64,000 nt of DNA from a virus. The DNA is taken from positions 7,254 through 71,253 of the IMG/VR virus record IMGVR_UViG_3300031784_000023. One strand, 5' to 3'. Both the position numbers and the translations under genes were made by a program. The notes below the pieces were generated by a model. The model was given only the letters and a program-made list of their open reading frames with translations, was not told the origin of the DNA and searched no databases. Below are positions 27,662-37,969 of the stretch, one piece after another (position 1 is the stretch's first letter; each line of letters begins with the position of its first letter).

Positions 27662-29393
27662 AGCTGCCCGAGTAAGTTAGTTCTTGCGCGAGGTGATCGA
27701 ATGTGCGGTAGAGGAGAGGCGTTATATTTAACCTCGGATCTGCCGCTAAGGGCTGGGTCGGCGCAAGAGGGTGCGGCGACTGCATCAGCTGATTTAATGT
27801 TAGCAGGAAATTTTGTAGTGCGGCTTGCGTTTGTTGAATCATTCTGAAGGGGAAACCCTTCAACATTTCCGCTCGTTCTAAATCACTTTTATCCGGGAAC
27901 AAGTAACGCAGCGCTTCCACGCTGTCAACACCTAGCTCCTGAAGATTTCGAACAACGATCGATTTCTGGTTGATGTCGTAAGCGGTGTCTTCATAAACAT
28001 CGCCTTGGAATCGATACGTTACTTCTCTATCTCCGTCTGGCGGAAGACCAAAAACTCCACCAGGTACTTTGTTTTCAGAGAGGGCCGTTTGAATAGCAAG
28101 ATCTACATCCTGCTCGTACTTAGCCAGCTTCTTTTGATAACGTTCCGCTGCTTCCGGAGTTTCTTCTTTTGGCTCCTTGGGAGGAGTCAAACCCATGACA
28201 GAAATAAAACTCTCGCGGAAAACCTGCTCCTGGTGGTAAACAATCATTTCCAGCAGTCGGCAGAAGCCGTAGCTCAAAAAACTCTTATTTTTACGAAGAG
28301 CAGTCGCTTGAGCACGACCCATAAGGCCCTTAATTTCCGTCGCAGTGGCACCGGCGCTAATCGATATTTCGTCAACGCCGCCGAGTGCGGTTCGAATTTC
28401 TTCTCGTAGTAACAACGCATATCGATTCATGTCCCCGTTTACGGGGTCAGGAGTCATGTAACCAACCCGATCCGACGGCTCTACGTTGGCAATAATTCGA
28501 GGAACTCGAAGACCCCCGATACCAGACTGCGATCCGAACGGATCTGAGACCCTCGTGGAAGGAGAATCTAAACCGCCAAATCCGCTTTGACTGCTGATCG
28601 TCGGACGGAAGTTACGATCGGTATCACTCGCCTCCACCAGATCACTACGCGGACGCGAACTGATCAGAGTCGGATTACCAAAGAACTCAATGTTCTTGGC
28701 GATATTCTGCATCATTTGATCATGCAGAACGATCTGCTGCATGAACGGCTCGAATTCACCTTCGCCTTCGGTACCGCTGGCGTTCGGCTTGTTTAAAACC
28801 TCCACGGCGGGGATAAACCCCAGCGTATTTGGCCGACTATTGCGCGGAGTAATGACAGAGCCTGGCTCTAAGTCAAAACTCAGCTCCGTGTCGGCTTCGT
28901 ACTCTGTGATCGTCTCGGCCGTAATTGAGATACGGACGTACCTCTTGTTCTGCCCGTAAGTATTTGAAGGCAGTCCTAAATTGCCGTTTTTAACTTTGTA
29001 CGAATAAAGGATTACGACTTCTTCAATCTCTCCGTTTAGATCGTGGTAAACCCGATACTGGTTTTTGTTAAAAAAGTAAATTTGGTACTTCAGCTTGGGA
29101 TCGGGCCTGAAATAGAAAAGACCCGAACCGTCAATCAAAAAATTCCGAACGATAGCCGGGAAACGGATATCAAGTTTATTAAGTTTTATCAGATCATCTA
29201 GAAACTTACTACGAGCTTTATACGTATCTTGTTCACAGTAAAAAAACAGACCCTTCTTGATCATAAGAAGGGTCATCTGCTGCACATGACTCAGTACCAC
29301 CATCGTGGCGGACTGCTTTGAGCGGTCCTGAGTCCGAGCTGCCTCCAGAATCTCACTGAATCGTCCCCGGACGCTTAAAAGATCTGCAGGCAT
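27153..29393 (-). CDS. Portal protein (probable)
   Basis: 746 aa, located between terminase and capsid; IPAVEVLN...GEGEF...SAGATATEI portal-like layout. Confidence 0.7.
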   Translation of the reverse strand: MPADLLSVRGRFSEILEAARTQDRSKQSATMVVLSHVQQMTLLMIKKGLFFYCEQDTYKARSKFLDDLIKLNKLDIRFPAIVRNFLIDGSGLFYFRPDPKLKYQIYFFNKNQYRVYHDLNGEIEEVVILYSYKVKNGNLGLPSNTYGQNKRYVRISITAETITEYEADTELSFDLEPGSVITPRNSRPNTLGFIPAVEVLNKPNASGTEGEGEFEPFMQQIVLHDQMMQNIAKNIEFFGNPTLISSRPRSDLVEASDTDRNFRPTISSQSGFGGLDSPSTRVSDPFGSQSGIGGLRVPRIIANVEPSDRVGYMTPDPVNGDMNRYALLLREEIRTALGGVDEISISAGATATEIKGLMGRAQATALRKNKSFLSYGFCRLLEMIVYHQEQVFRESFISVMGLTPPKEPKEETPEAAERYQKKLAKYEQDVDLAIQTALSENKVPGGVFGLPPDGDREVTYRFQGDVYEDTAYDINQKSIVVRNLQELGVDSVEALRYLFPDKSDLERAEMLKGFPFRMIQQTQAALQNFLLTLNQLMQSPHPLAPTQPLAADPRLNITPLLYRTFDHLAQELTYSGSYEPSDPSFDPEPGLPGSSGAPGGLLPGYGLNRLPSVGGANPYPGGSFGNYSPSAVAGTTGYGPFYQQPVQPVSVSLLPEQPMGGSAGQPGPDRFPALPVPQPDSIVSAAPGSGAGYSTEQSGFTGPTALGLPTPYGSADLIQQRLYDPNFLADFYGAGAAVKPSKRRRS

Positions 29394-29411
29394 TTTACAA
29401 AAACGACGTTA

Positions 29412-30287
29412 TCAGGAGTCCGGAAGAAGGTACTCCTTCACTCGTTCTAGTTTAAACAATTCTGGCGGTAAAAGATCATGAGGATACGAGGTCAGCAGAT
29501 GATCTTTGCGACCGAGCGGATCTGTGCCGCCCGCCTCCGCTTTGTAATTATCTAAATAGCTCAGCATCTCCTCGCTGTATGCAGGAGCATGAGCATTTGG
29601 AATGTCGTCATAACAGTGCGAGAAAGACGTCAGTTTGCGCTTAAGGCGATCAGGCCCTCCCATCCAACTAAAATGCCATCCTGCATCACAGTCTCCTACC
29701 ACAAGATCGTTGGGGTTTTGGCGAATCTCCGAAAGAGTTTGATCTAGATGATCGTGAAGAACGACGGTCCCGCAGGTCCAGTTGGTCGGGGGTTTCGTCT
29801 TATCCCCGTCCGGGCTCATAACACGAAGATCTGCCCGCCCGTACATCATCGGCATAGAAAGACGCACACAACGTGCAGGATCTTCTTTAGCGAGCTCTAC
29901 AGCTTCTAAAAGAGCAGACGGCTTAGGAATCTCGTCGACATCAGAGAAGAAGAAGACCGAATCCGGCGGCGTCATCCGCATACCCACGGCAAGAGCGTCG
30001 CGCTGAGCGTATTCGCGGACCCAAGGGTTAGGAGCGATATCCGGCGGCGGCAGTTCGACGTGCAGCACCTGAAGTTTATCTTCAGGCAGACCGAGTTTTC
30101 GAATCGTCTCTAAACAAGTGAACGGTTTTTCGTCGCCCTTAAAAGTCCGGTTGGCGTCGGTAATGATGAAGCCGTCAACAATATCTTTAAGAATTTCTAC
30201 GCGAAGTTCGAGCAGCTCAGCTTCGTTGAAATAGAGAAAACAATCAAAGAGCATGGAAGGCCGAAACGGGCCTGCACAGCTTAGCAA
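29412..30287 (-). CDS. Glycosyltransferase family 17 (GnT-III-like)
   Basis: FDCFLYFNEAELLELR...REYAQRD...SDVDEIP...GWHFSW. Confidence 0.88.
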   Translation of the reverse strand: MLSCAGPFRPSMLFDCFLYFNEAELLELRVEILKDIVDGFIITDANRTFKGDEKPFTCLETIRKLGLPEDKLQVLHVELPPPDIAPNPWVREYAQRDALAVGMRMTPPDSVFFFSDVDEIPKPSALLEAVELAKEDPARCVRLSMPMMYGRADLRVMSPDGDKTKPPTNWTCGTVVLHDHLDQTLSEIRQNPNDLVVGDCDAGWHFSWMGGPDRLKRKLTSFSHCYDDIPNAHAPAYSEEMLSYLDNYKAEAGGTDPLGRKDHLLTSYPHDLLPPELFKLERVKEYLLPDS

Positions 30288-30306
30288 GATTTGCTATAAA
30301 AAGCAC

Positions 30307-30558
30307 TCACCAGCTCCGACACGCCCAGTAGCGAGCTTTTAATTTGCTTCCGGGATTGTCGCAGTTATGTCTGGCCCGGAAGTTAGCGCGTCGCTCAGGA
30401 ATATGTTTTTTGATCGGCATGTTCGGGTCACCAAAACGTACTAAACGTACCTGATCCCCTTCTTTAGCAGCGACCGCAAATTTCTTACCGCCGCCAGAAT
30501 CGCGACGAGGTTTGTTGTACCCGTCAAACACTTCTCCGGCAATACGAATCTTGGCCAT
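30307..30558 (-). CDS. Small basic protein
   Basis: VRFGDPNM...RRANFRARHNC...ARYWAC. Confidence 0.75.
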   Translation of the reverse strand: MAKIRIAGEVFDGYNKPRRDSGGGKKFAVAAKEGDQVRLVRFGDPNMPIKKHIPERRANFRARHNCDNPGSKLKARYWACRSW

Positions 30559-30776
30559 CAGCTTTTGTTCTTTTTCTTAATGTACTCGGAAGCACGACGA
30601 CGAGCTTCTTTAGCTTTTTCAGTATTGGGCACTTGAGTATTCACAGGTTTGTTACCAGCCGTGGCACGTTTCTTTTTTTCATCCGTGGCGCGGCGCTCTT
30701 CATCGCTCATTGAAGCCCACGCGGACTTAGGCAGATATCGCTCGGTTCGACCTTTTTCTCGCGCTAAATCAGCCAT
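30558..30776 (-). CDS. Basic protein, C-terminal half of a DUF5872-like family
   Basis: ERYLPKSAWASMS...VPNTEKAK. Confidence 0.6.
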   Translation of the reverse strand: MADLAREKGRTERYLPKSAWASMSDEERRATDEKKKRATAGNKPVNTQVPNTEKAKEARRRASEYIKKKNKS

Positions 30777-30778
30777 AA

Positions 30779-31009
30779 CTAGGATTTTTTGCTTTTTTCG
30801 TATTCTTCACGCGTCTGCCAATCTTCTTTGCCCCAGCGACTTAGCTTGTTTTCACTAGATTTTTTACCTTCGTATTTGCCGCCCGCTTCCTTGTAGTACT
30901 TAACAGCCAACTGCATAGCCCGCGCTGAATGCCCACCTAAGCGCTTGCGAGCTTTAGCTTTTGCGGCGGCCCATTTCGCAGGGTCTTTTTTCTTTGCGAC
31001 TTCAGACAC
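30779..31009 (-). CDS. Basic protein, N-terminal half of a DUF5872-like family
   Basis: HSARAMQL...YKEAGGKY...WGKEDWQT. Confidence 0.6.
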   Translation of the reverse strand: MSEVAKKKDPAKWAAAKAKARKRLGGHSARAMQLAVKYYKEAGGKYEGKKSSENKLSRWGKEDWQTREEYEKSKKS

Positions 31010-31325
31010 TGGCTACTGGGGTTCCGTTACCCGGAGAAACAGGAATGCCGGTTCGAGGGCCACGCTTCGATGCGGCCTTTCGAAGCAGTTCGGCCTTCAT
31101 GGACTCGGTAGGGTCTTCAGTCGGCGAAAACTCATCTTCGTAAGTGCCGTACGGACCATACTGAGGGGGAATAGGCGCATTAGGCGCTTCTTCGCTCACT
31201 TGATTTTCATAGTCGTCACTTCGCATTGCTGCTCGTTGAGCAGTGCGTTGACGACGCGACGCTAACTCCTGGGCGTTAAATGCCTTGGTGAAAAAGTCGC
31301 CGGCTTCGAGAAAAGGGTCTGCCAT
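31002..31325 (-). CDS. Hypothetical protein
   Basis: Coupled ORF. Confidence 0.6.
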   Translation of the reverse strand: MADPFLEAGDFFTKAFNAQELASRRQRTAQRAAMRSDDYENQVSEEAPNAPIPPQYGPYGTYEDEFSPTEDPTESMKAELLRKAASKRGPRTGIPVSPGNGTPVASV

Positions 31326-31337
31326 ATTTACAGTTTA

Positions 31338-31532
31338 CTACATGCTTCCAATTTGCTGTGCCACGAGTGCTTTAGCTAATAGATCAGATTTTAAAGCAGA
31401 CATAAAATCAGATGAAACAGCACCTTTCTTTCGCAAGGAACTAAGGATATCATCCGCATCTAAACCTGCGCTCTCGCGAAGACTTTTGTCTCCACCAAGC
31501 AAAGAGATTAAGCTGGAGTAATCAGTGGCCAT
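31338..31532 (-). CDS. Hypothetical protein
   Basis: TGATG-coupled ORF. Confidence 0.6.
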   Translation of the reverse strand: MATDYSSLISLLGGDKSLRESAGLDADDILSSLRKKGAVSSDFMSALKSDLLAKALVAQQIGSM

Positions 31533-31816
31533 CAGTAGAGCACAAAAACACCAGGGGCGTTACCGCTGATAATAGCTGTACAAGAAATAGGAATAAGCTG
31601 ATTCCCTGAAAGATTACTAGCCGTAGCTTTTTGACCGGGAGCGTCAGCAAGCTCGACAGTCAAGTAAGTTTTAGCGGCGGCAGCATCTGCTTCGATAAAA
31701 ACAGCACGGCATGAAGGAAAATTAATTAGGCCACTGCTAGGAACATGTCCAAATCCACTGGAATACGGCAGAGCTGCCGTTTGACCGTAAACAGAACCGA
31801 AAGCCCTTACGTCCAC
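31532..31816 (-). CDS. Small beta-sandwich putative structural protein
   Basis: CRAVFI...LTVELAD...LIPIS pattern. Confidence 0.55.
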   Translation of the reverse strand: MDVRAFGSVYGQTAALPYSSGFGHVPSSGLINFPSCRAVFIEADAAAAKTYLTVELADAPGQKATASNLSGNQLIPISCTAIISGNAPGVFVLY

Positions 31817-31819
31817 TAC

Positions 31820-32047
31820 TTAATGATTCTCTTTGTTTGATTCTAACTCACCGATCAAGCACTGAAGATACCAAGCCGCTTTTTTTAGGTCCTCCACGCC
31901 GTTTTTAAACTTGTACCGCCAGACGTATTTAGCGATATTGCCGTGGCAGTAGTCCCTAAACCCTTCAGGACCTAGTTGAGCCTTCAAAGCATCGATGCAC
32001 TCAATAGCACCTGACGTATAGTGCGTAGGATGATTGACGTTGTCCAT
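31820..32047 (-). CDS. DUF3310 family protein
   Basis: DNVNHPTHY...IECID...GNIAKYVWRY..KNGVEDLKKAAWYL. Confidence 0.88.
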   Translation of the reverse strand: MDNVNHPTHYTSGAIECIDALKAQLGPEGFRDYCHGNIAKYVWRYKFKNGVEDLKKAAWYLQCLIGELESNKENH

Positions 32048-32053
32048 AAAAAA

Positions 32054-32947
32054 TCAGATCTGAAGCATTTTATCGCAAGTTATGAGCTCTGGCTGCGTCT
32101 TAGCCAGTTCTATCGAGTACTTGGTGTCATCGTGGGCTAACAAACAACAAGGATGCGGTTTATAAACACCGTTTTCTTCAATCACCGGGATGCAGCGACG
32201 GTGTTCATAGCCAAAAGGGACGTCCTCAAACGCTAAACCCATAGAACTCCGATCGGCAAGGGGCCAATTTCGAAAACTTACGATTTCAACGCTCTTCGCC
32301 GGGTCCATACTGCCACTTTTCACGTATTTGACTGCGTCAAAACTATCCAAAATCATCGCAGCGTAATAAGGACTTGCAATTTGGGCAAAAAACTTGATTT
32401 CGTGGTCGATAACGAGCAATTTCTTTACGTCAAAGCCTCGTTCTGACCAAACATTGGGAGTTCGCTTGGTTAAAAAGTACCGATAGTGGTTATCAAACGG
32501 TATTTTCTCCCCTTCGAAGACTTCATACCGAATAAATCCAGGTTCCAACCCGTATTCAGCCAGTCGAGGCTTCCAACGCATCCAATACTTAAAGTGTTCC
32601 CAAGTAATCAACATGTCATTTTCTTGATAAATGTAATAATCGTACTTGTAGTTCATACAAGCCAGCACAAGATCGTTTTTATGCGCCCACGTCAAGCCCC
32701 AGCCCTCATAACTGGAGCCGGCGATAACGATATTTAATTCCAATTGCTCCCGGAAAGGTCGCAGTAAGTTAGCTAATTGATTCGCATCATCCTGAGCTTC
32801 ATTATTTATGTAGATAAATACAGAAACTTTAAGGTCGTACTCTGTATAAAGCTTCAAAACTTTGAGCAGCTTCTCGACCCGAGCCAGCGGATTGTGCGCC
32901 GCAATCGCGACCCAAAGAGTTTTATCGGAAGTCATGTCAATACTCAA
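32054..32947 (-). CDS. Putative GT-A fold glycosyltransferase
   Basis: YDYYIYQENDMLI (DxD-like) motif. Confidence 0.55.
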   Translation of the reverse strand: MSIDMTSDKTLWVAIAAHNPLARVEKLLKVLKLYTEYDLKVSVFIYINNEAQDDANQLANLLRPFREQLELNIVIAGSSYEGWGLTWAHKNDLVLACMNYKYDYYIYQENDMLITWEHFKYWMRWKPRLAEYGLEPGFIRYEVFEGEKIPFDNHYRYFLTKRTPNVWSERGFDVKKLLVIDHEIKFFAQIASPYYAAMILDSFDAVKYVKSGSMDPAKSVEIVSFRNWPLADRSSMGLAFEDVPFGYEHRRCIPVIEENGVYKPHPCCLLAHDDTKYSIELAKTQPELITCDKMLQI

Positions 32948-35657
32948 CTGAAAAACTACCTCTACGTTGCAAGAAAGTGATTAACCAAGTGTATGCGTCC
33001 AATAAATCGTCATGCGCGGTAGCACCTACGTTAATCAGCTGATCGAAGAGCGCATCGAACTTGCGATATTTGTTAAAGACGACTTTCTGATTCTCCAAAA
33101 GACCGAGCGTGCCTCTAAAACGAGCAATCTTGTCGCCCCTAAACCCTTTGACTTCGTGAATATGAAGGTTACTAAGGCCCCTTTCGTTTAGAAGAACCCG
33201 CCGGAGATCCGCAGCAAGGCTTGCCTGATATGCCACGGATTCAACAACAAGCGTCACGGTGGAATACGTCGGCTGGTACTCGCCGTTGTACTTAGTTAGG
33301 ATGCCCCACTCAAGCAACATGTCGCATAGAAGGTCTATTTTTTCAAGGTTTCCTATAGAACGACACTGATGCGCATCAACGATATAATACTTATCTTTTA
33401 ATCGGCCCCCTAAAACAAAAGCTGTGTAGTCCGAAGTCTCATTTTTGCTTGCTGAAAGGTCGATGCCAAGAGCCAAACTATCAAATTCAGTCGCTACGTC
33501 ACCTTTAATCAACAGATCCGGGGAAACGACAAGGTCGCTCGTGGCCACAGGCTGCTGCTGATACTGGAAACAGAAAGCAACGGGATCAAGTTCTTTCTGC
33601 TGCAATAGGTAGTCAATAGACCATTGAGTCTGCCAGTAACTCTTGGGCTGACCCTTATCGTCGTACGTAAGTGCCTCTTGAGTTACTTGCTTCCACCCTT
33701 TCTCCGGAACGAACATCGTCTTGTGGATGTCGAGCGGATGGAATCGCGTACCTAAGCAAATAGATCGACCGCCCTCAAACACAATAGGAGCAATAACACT
33801 ACTCCAGTTATTATTCATCTCCTCACGAATCGTAGGATTCTTGATATCAGCTGAACTTTTTATAGGGTCATCGATTAACACTAAATGAGCTCGTTTAGAC
33901 GTAATACTACCGCGTAGTCCTGCTGCCCTTAGAGTAAATTCTTCATCACCTAATCGAGGAATACCGGCATAGTCATAATCAATCGACCAGCCGATATCTG
34001 ATTGCATCCCCGGCTTGAGTCGACATGTCGGAAAAATTTTACGAAATTCTGATGAGTCAACGATCTGTCGAATAATCCGTGATTTAGGGATAGCTGTAGC
34101 AATGTTGTAACTCACGTAGATAATCTGCAAAGGTCTTTTTGCAGTAGTATGACGTCCTATACACCACGCCGTAAACATATTCAACACCGTAGATTTAGCT
34201 GAATTTTTGCTAACAACATAGTCTTTAATCAAAAATCTTTCTTGCTCATTACTTACAGTTAAACACTTAACGTCGCTAGTACCAACAAACTCAATATCGA
34301 CAATAGACCGTACACAGCCGCGATTAGAACGCGAAGAAACGGGACCTAAGTACATATCTCTTTTTCTCTTGCAATAAAAAGGCTTGATGCCTTCTGGAAG
34401 ACTAATGCTCAATCTGTACGCCAGGTGCTTACTAACAATTTTTAAGTTATCCTTGTAATAGTGAGGATAATACGGTTTTGTAAATCTAGTTAAGCCTCCT
34501 AAAGAACGAACAAGCTCTTCCATACCACGAATCAAAGCAAGACTCGAACTGCCAAAACCCAAACCGCCTCGTCCAGAAAGTTCTTGTCCGTGATTACTTC
34601 TCTGACCATCCGAATCAAGCAGTCCTCGCAAAAGCCATTCGCGCTGTTCAATAGACCCACGCAGATATAGCTCGGGGATACTTTTTTCTAAGGCTCCCTT
34701 TCCTCGCATCCCCAGCTGATCAAGAACTAGAGATACGTACTTTTTAAACCCTCCCCGACGCCCGTCGATAACTTTTTGTGTAGGTCCTTCAGCAAGCTGA
34801 ATTTGATACGAATATTTCCGACTTTCGTAAGAACGCTCTACCAGAACATGTCCTTCAGGTAACATCGTGTTAATAAATTCGGCAATATCCCTATCTGCTG
34901 TAGTTATATTTATCGAAGTAAGGTCTGTTAAGCCTCCGTCCCCGAGCAAAATCCCTACGATATAGGGATGCAACGGTAGATCAAGCGTGGGGTATTGAAC
35001 AGGAGCAGTCATGGGCACTTGATACCTACTATGCCCTCTCGTATCTAGCCACGGGGTTTCGCCGGGCAGCGCTTTTCTGACTGTTCGTTTGACGCCTGTA
35101 CGCCAGTTACCTTGAATCCCTGTGGTGACCAGCTCGCGAATCTCTTGCAGAGTAACCGTCCTGTAAACTCCTTTCTTATCCGTACCCATTCGACGCACGT
35201 CAAACCGATGCGAATCGTCACAGATCATAGAAGTTCCGTCTGAGAAAGTAACCTTATAGACAGGGACTTCTGGGTACGAGGGAGTATCTAAAACTGTTGT
35301 AGGAAGGCCGTCATCTCCGTACACAGTATCTCCTTTGACAATATCCTTTAGCTTTCTCCAACCGTTTGGAGTGGCTACCTCTGTATCAGGGTGAAGAGGT
35401 CCCCTGGGAGCCAAAATATCAAGATTTAGTCCCGCGATGTCTAAAAGGTACTTATTACTTTCATTAGTAATCAAATGCTGATGCCATTCCAGCATATGAG
35501 GCGCCGGAGGCTTGTCCAGAATAGTACAAAAAGTATGAAAGTCTTCGGCTGCTTTAGTGTAAATAGTTTCGATTGAATTCGCGCCAGTGGCTTCAATCGC
35601 TTTAAGTGCACGTAGTTGGGCGCCACGGCGGTAGGCAAAACTCTCCCTACTAGGCAT
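32937..35657 (-). CDS. terL: Terminase large subunit (intein-containing; 507 aa after splicing)
   Basis: APRG^SAKST Walker A, LVLIDDP Walker B, GTRFH, LGIDLS nuclease motif, HDDLLDA. Confidence 0.93.
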   Translation of the reverse strand: MPSRESFAYRRGAQLRALKAIEATGANSIETIYTKAAEDFHTFCTILDKPPAPHMLEWHQHLITNESNKYLLDIAGLNLDILAPRGPLHPDTEVATPNGWRKLKDIVKGDTVYGDDGLPTTVLDTPSYPEVPVYKVTFSDGTSMICDDSHRFDVRRMGTDKKGVYRTVTLQEIRELVTTGIQGNWRTGVKRTVRKALPGETPWLDTRGHSRYQVPMTAPVQYPTLDLPLHPYIVGILLGDGGLTDLTSINITTADRDIAEFINTMLPEGHVLVERSYESRKYSYQIQLAEGPTQKVIDGRRGGFKKYVSLVLDQLGMRGKGALEKSIPELYLRGSIEQREWLLRGLLDSDGQRSNHGQELSGRGGLGFGSSSLALIRGMEELVRSLGGLTRFTKPYYPHYYKDNLKIVSKHLAYRLSISLPEGIKPFYCKRKRDMYLGPVSSRSNRGCVRSIVDIEFVGTSDVKCLTVSNEQERFLIKDYVVSKNSAKSTVLNMFTAWCIGRHTTAKRPLQIIYVSYNIATAIPKSRIIRQIVDSSEFRKIFPTCRLKPGMQSDIGWSIDYDYAGIPRLGDEEFTLRAAGLRGSITSKRAHLVLIDDPIKSSADIKNPTIREEMNNNWSSVIAPIVFEGGRSICLGTRFHPLDIHKTMFVPEKGWKQVTQEALTYDDKGQPKSYWQTQWSIDYLLQQKELDPVAFCFQYQQQPVATSDLVVSPDLLIKGDVATEFDSLALGIDLSASKNETSDYTAFVLGGRLKDKYYIVDAHQCRSIGNLEKIDLLCDMLLEWGILTKYNGEYQPTYSTVTLVVESVAYQASLAADLRRVLLNERGLSNLHIHEVKGFRGDKIARFRGTLGLLENQKVVFNKYRKFDALFDQLINVGATAHDDLLDAYTWLITFLQRRGSFSVEY
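34203..35399 (-). mobile_element. 399-aa intein with LAGLIDADG endonuclease, class-3-like
   Basis: PLHPDTEVATPNGW start; GILLGDG and LRGLLDSDG; VKCLTV; ends VVSKN followed by Ser. Confidence 0.9.
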
Positions 35658-35711
35658 GTTGATAAACTGATAGCGCTGTTATAGTGATTGTACTCGATTC
35701 GCCGAGTTTGC

Positions 35712-36884
35712 ATGTCGAAAATCCTTTGGTATGGCGATGCTTGTAGTAATACAGGCTTTGCAAGAGTAACACACAGCGTACTAGATGTTCTTAAGAACGA
35801 ACATGAAGTCGTGGTGATGGGGATCAACCACACGGGTGATCCACACGATAAGCCATACAAGGTATATCCAGCCTGCCCTGCAGGTTCAGGCGATCGATTC
35901 GGTATCGGCAGAATTCCGGAGGTCATCGAAAAAGAAAAACCAGACGTAGTTATCTGCCTGAACGACATCTGGGTTGTAAATCAGTTTTGGGAGCGTTGTC
36001 AGTTCCTGAAAGATCAGATCGGCTTTAAATTCATCGCGTACTTCCCGGTGGATAGCGAGAGCTACTTCCCCGACATGCTGCGTCATATCAAGCACTGGGA
36101 TCTAGCAGTCACCTTCACTGTTCCCTCTGCCGAGCGTGTCATGAAGTGCGGCGCAGATGCTCCGCGACTGGCTGTGCTCCCCCACGGGGTTGACACAGGT
36201 CGGTTCTACCCGATGGACAAAGCTGAAGCCCGCAAGCGGATCGGTATCCCCGAAGATAAATTCGTCGTTCTTAATGCGAACAGAAATCAACCGCGTAAAC
36301 GCATTGACCTGACGATCAAGACGTTCGCCGAGTTTGCGGTCAACAAACCCGACACCATGCTGTACCTGCACATGAGTACGAAAGACATGGGCTGGGATAT
36401 TCTGCCACTCTTTAAACACGAGATGCAGCGCCGTGGTCTGGATGACGCCAATCGACTGATTTTGACTTCGGCAAACATCAACTACCTGAGCGCACCGCCG
36501 GACGAATTGCTCAATACAATTTATAACGCCTGCGACGTCGGTATTAATACATCCGATGGAGAAGGCTGGGGTCTTGTTAGTTTCGAACATGCGGGCTGTA
36601 AAAAACCGCAGGTTGTTCCGCACCACACGGCGTGCCAAGACATCTGGAAGGATGCGGCCGAACTTATCCCCATTTCCACATGGGTTGTGGATAAAGATCT
36701 TGGTGTCGAACGCGGTCTGATCAACGTGACGCAAGCGGCTCGGATCCTGGACGATTTGTACCACGATTTACATACATACAACGAAGTGGCTGAGGCGTGC
36801 TACAACGTCACTCAGCGTCCGGAGTATCGCTGGGAATCTATTGGTGCTGGGTTCAGCGCCGCCATCAAAGATCTGGGGGTTTAA
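35712..36884 (+). CDS. GT4 (GT-B) glycosyltransferase
   Basis: TGFARVT...PHGVD...NRNQPRK...YNACDV...GEGWGLVSFE. Confidence 0.9.
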   Translation: MSKILWYGDACSNTGFARVTHSVLDVLKNEHEVVVMGINHTGDPHDKPYKVYPACPAGSGDRFGIGRIPEVIEKEKPDVVICLNDIWVVNQFWERCQFLKDQIGFKFIAYFPVDSESYFPDMLRHIKHWDLAVTFTVPSAERVMKCGADAPRLAVLPHGVDTGRFYPMDKAEARKRIGIPEDKFVVLNANRNQPRKRIDLTIKTFAEFAVNKPDTMLYLHMSTKDMGWDILPLFKHEMQRRGLDDANRLILTSANINYLSAPPDELLNTIYNACDVGINTSDGEGWGLVSFEHAGCKKPQVVPHHTACQDIWKDAAELIPISTWVVDKDLGVERGLINVTQAARILDDLYHDLHTYNEVAEACYNVTQRPEYRWESIGAGFSAAIKDLGV

Positions 36885-36886
36885 TC

Positions 36887-37969
36887 ATGCAGTCTCAAAC
36901 TCGGTATTACCATTTATATAGCGACGTAGTCCATCCGACTAAGTCAACGGGTGACGGCATTCCGACGGTCTACGAGCAGGCAGAAGCTCTCGGCGGAAAA
37001 TTCACTCGAATTGTTAAAGGTCTGCCGAAAGGTCACGTCGCTAATTTCAGCCCGTCAATCGTCCGATTCAACGATTCGCTGTACATCGCGTGGCGATCTC
37101 AGCCCGAAGCTTTTGGTTTTAGGTACGACAACAAGTACTTTTATTTGAACGGGCAACCCAACGAGCTGTATTTCGGGATGTTGGGGCCGGATGATGCCTC
37201 GATCATTGGCACCAAAAAACTCCGCCCCAAAAAACACCGGCTTAGTTACGAAGATCCGCGTCTATTTGTGGGTCCCGACGAAAATCTGTACGTACAATTC
37301 GTAGCTTCGACGTACGCCAGTAAGTACGATTCCAATCCGAAAAAACTGTTCTCGCAGCCAAAAGTCATCGTCTGCTGGTTAAATGAACAATTCGACGCAG
37401 TCAGCGCTGCAATACCTCCGATCGGTAAGAATCTTACTGTCGGAGCGGCTGAAAAAAACTGGGCGTTCTTTAGTGCGAACGACGAGTTGAACTGTCTGTA
37501 CTCCACGCGGCCTTTGGTTGTTGAGCGAGAGTCAGGTAAATCAATCAAGCTCGACACAACAGCGCTCGATAAAGCTACGCAAGGGTGCCCTACTTTTAAT
37601 TCGACAGCACCTATTGACCTTGGGTATTGCTATCTAGTTTTTTATCACTGGAAGCACATGACGTGCACACCAGACGGTAAGCCTTACCTCATCTACCACG
37701 TCGGTGCTTACTTAGTGAATAAAGACTTCACTCAACTGACCTACATGACCGAGGAACCCTTATTTACGGGCTCCTTGAATGACCGAGTAATCGAGTGGAC
37801 AGACACCTTCGGCAATCCAGTGTCGAATCAACCTGCGGTAATTTTGCCGTTCGGGGCTCTGCTGGAGGGAGACGAACTCGTGATGTCGCTAGGCGTCAAT
37901 GATGCTTTTATGGGAATTTTCAGAACAAAGCTAGAACACATCATGCGCCGAATGCGCAAGGTTGGTTAG
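36887..37969 (+). CDS. GH130-like five-bladed beta-propeller glycosidase/phosphorylase
   Basis: NFSPS...YEDPRL...EKNW...SLGVND. Confidence 0.7.
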   Translation: MQSQTRYYHLYSDVVHPTKSTGDGIPTVYEQAEALGGKFTRIVKGLPKGHVANFSPSIVRFNDSLYIAWRSQPEAFGFRYDNKYFYLNGQPNELYFGMLGPDDASIIGTKKLRPKKHRLSYEDPRLFVGPDENLYVQFVASTYASKYDSNPKKLFSQPKVIVCWLNEQFDAVSAAIPPIGKNLTVGAAEKNWAFFSANDELNCLYSTRPLVVERESGKSIKLDTTALDKATQGCPTFNSTAPIDLGYCYLVFYHWKHMTCTPDGKPYLIYHVGAYLVNKDFTQLTYMTEEPLFTGSLNDRVIEWTDTFGNPVSNQPAVILPFGALLEGDELVMSLGVNDAFMGIFRTKLEHIMRRMRKVG

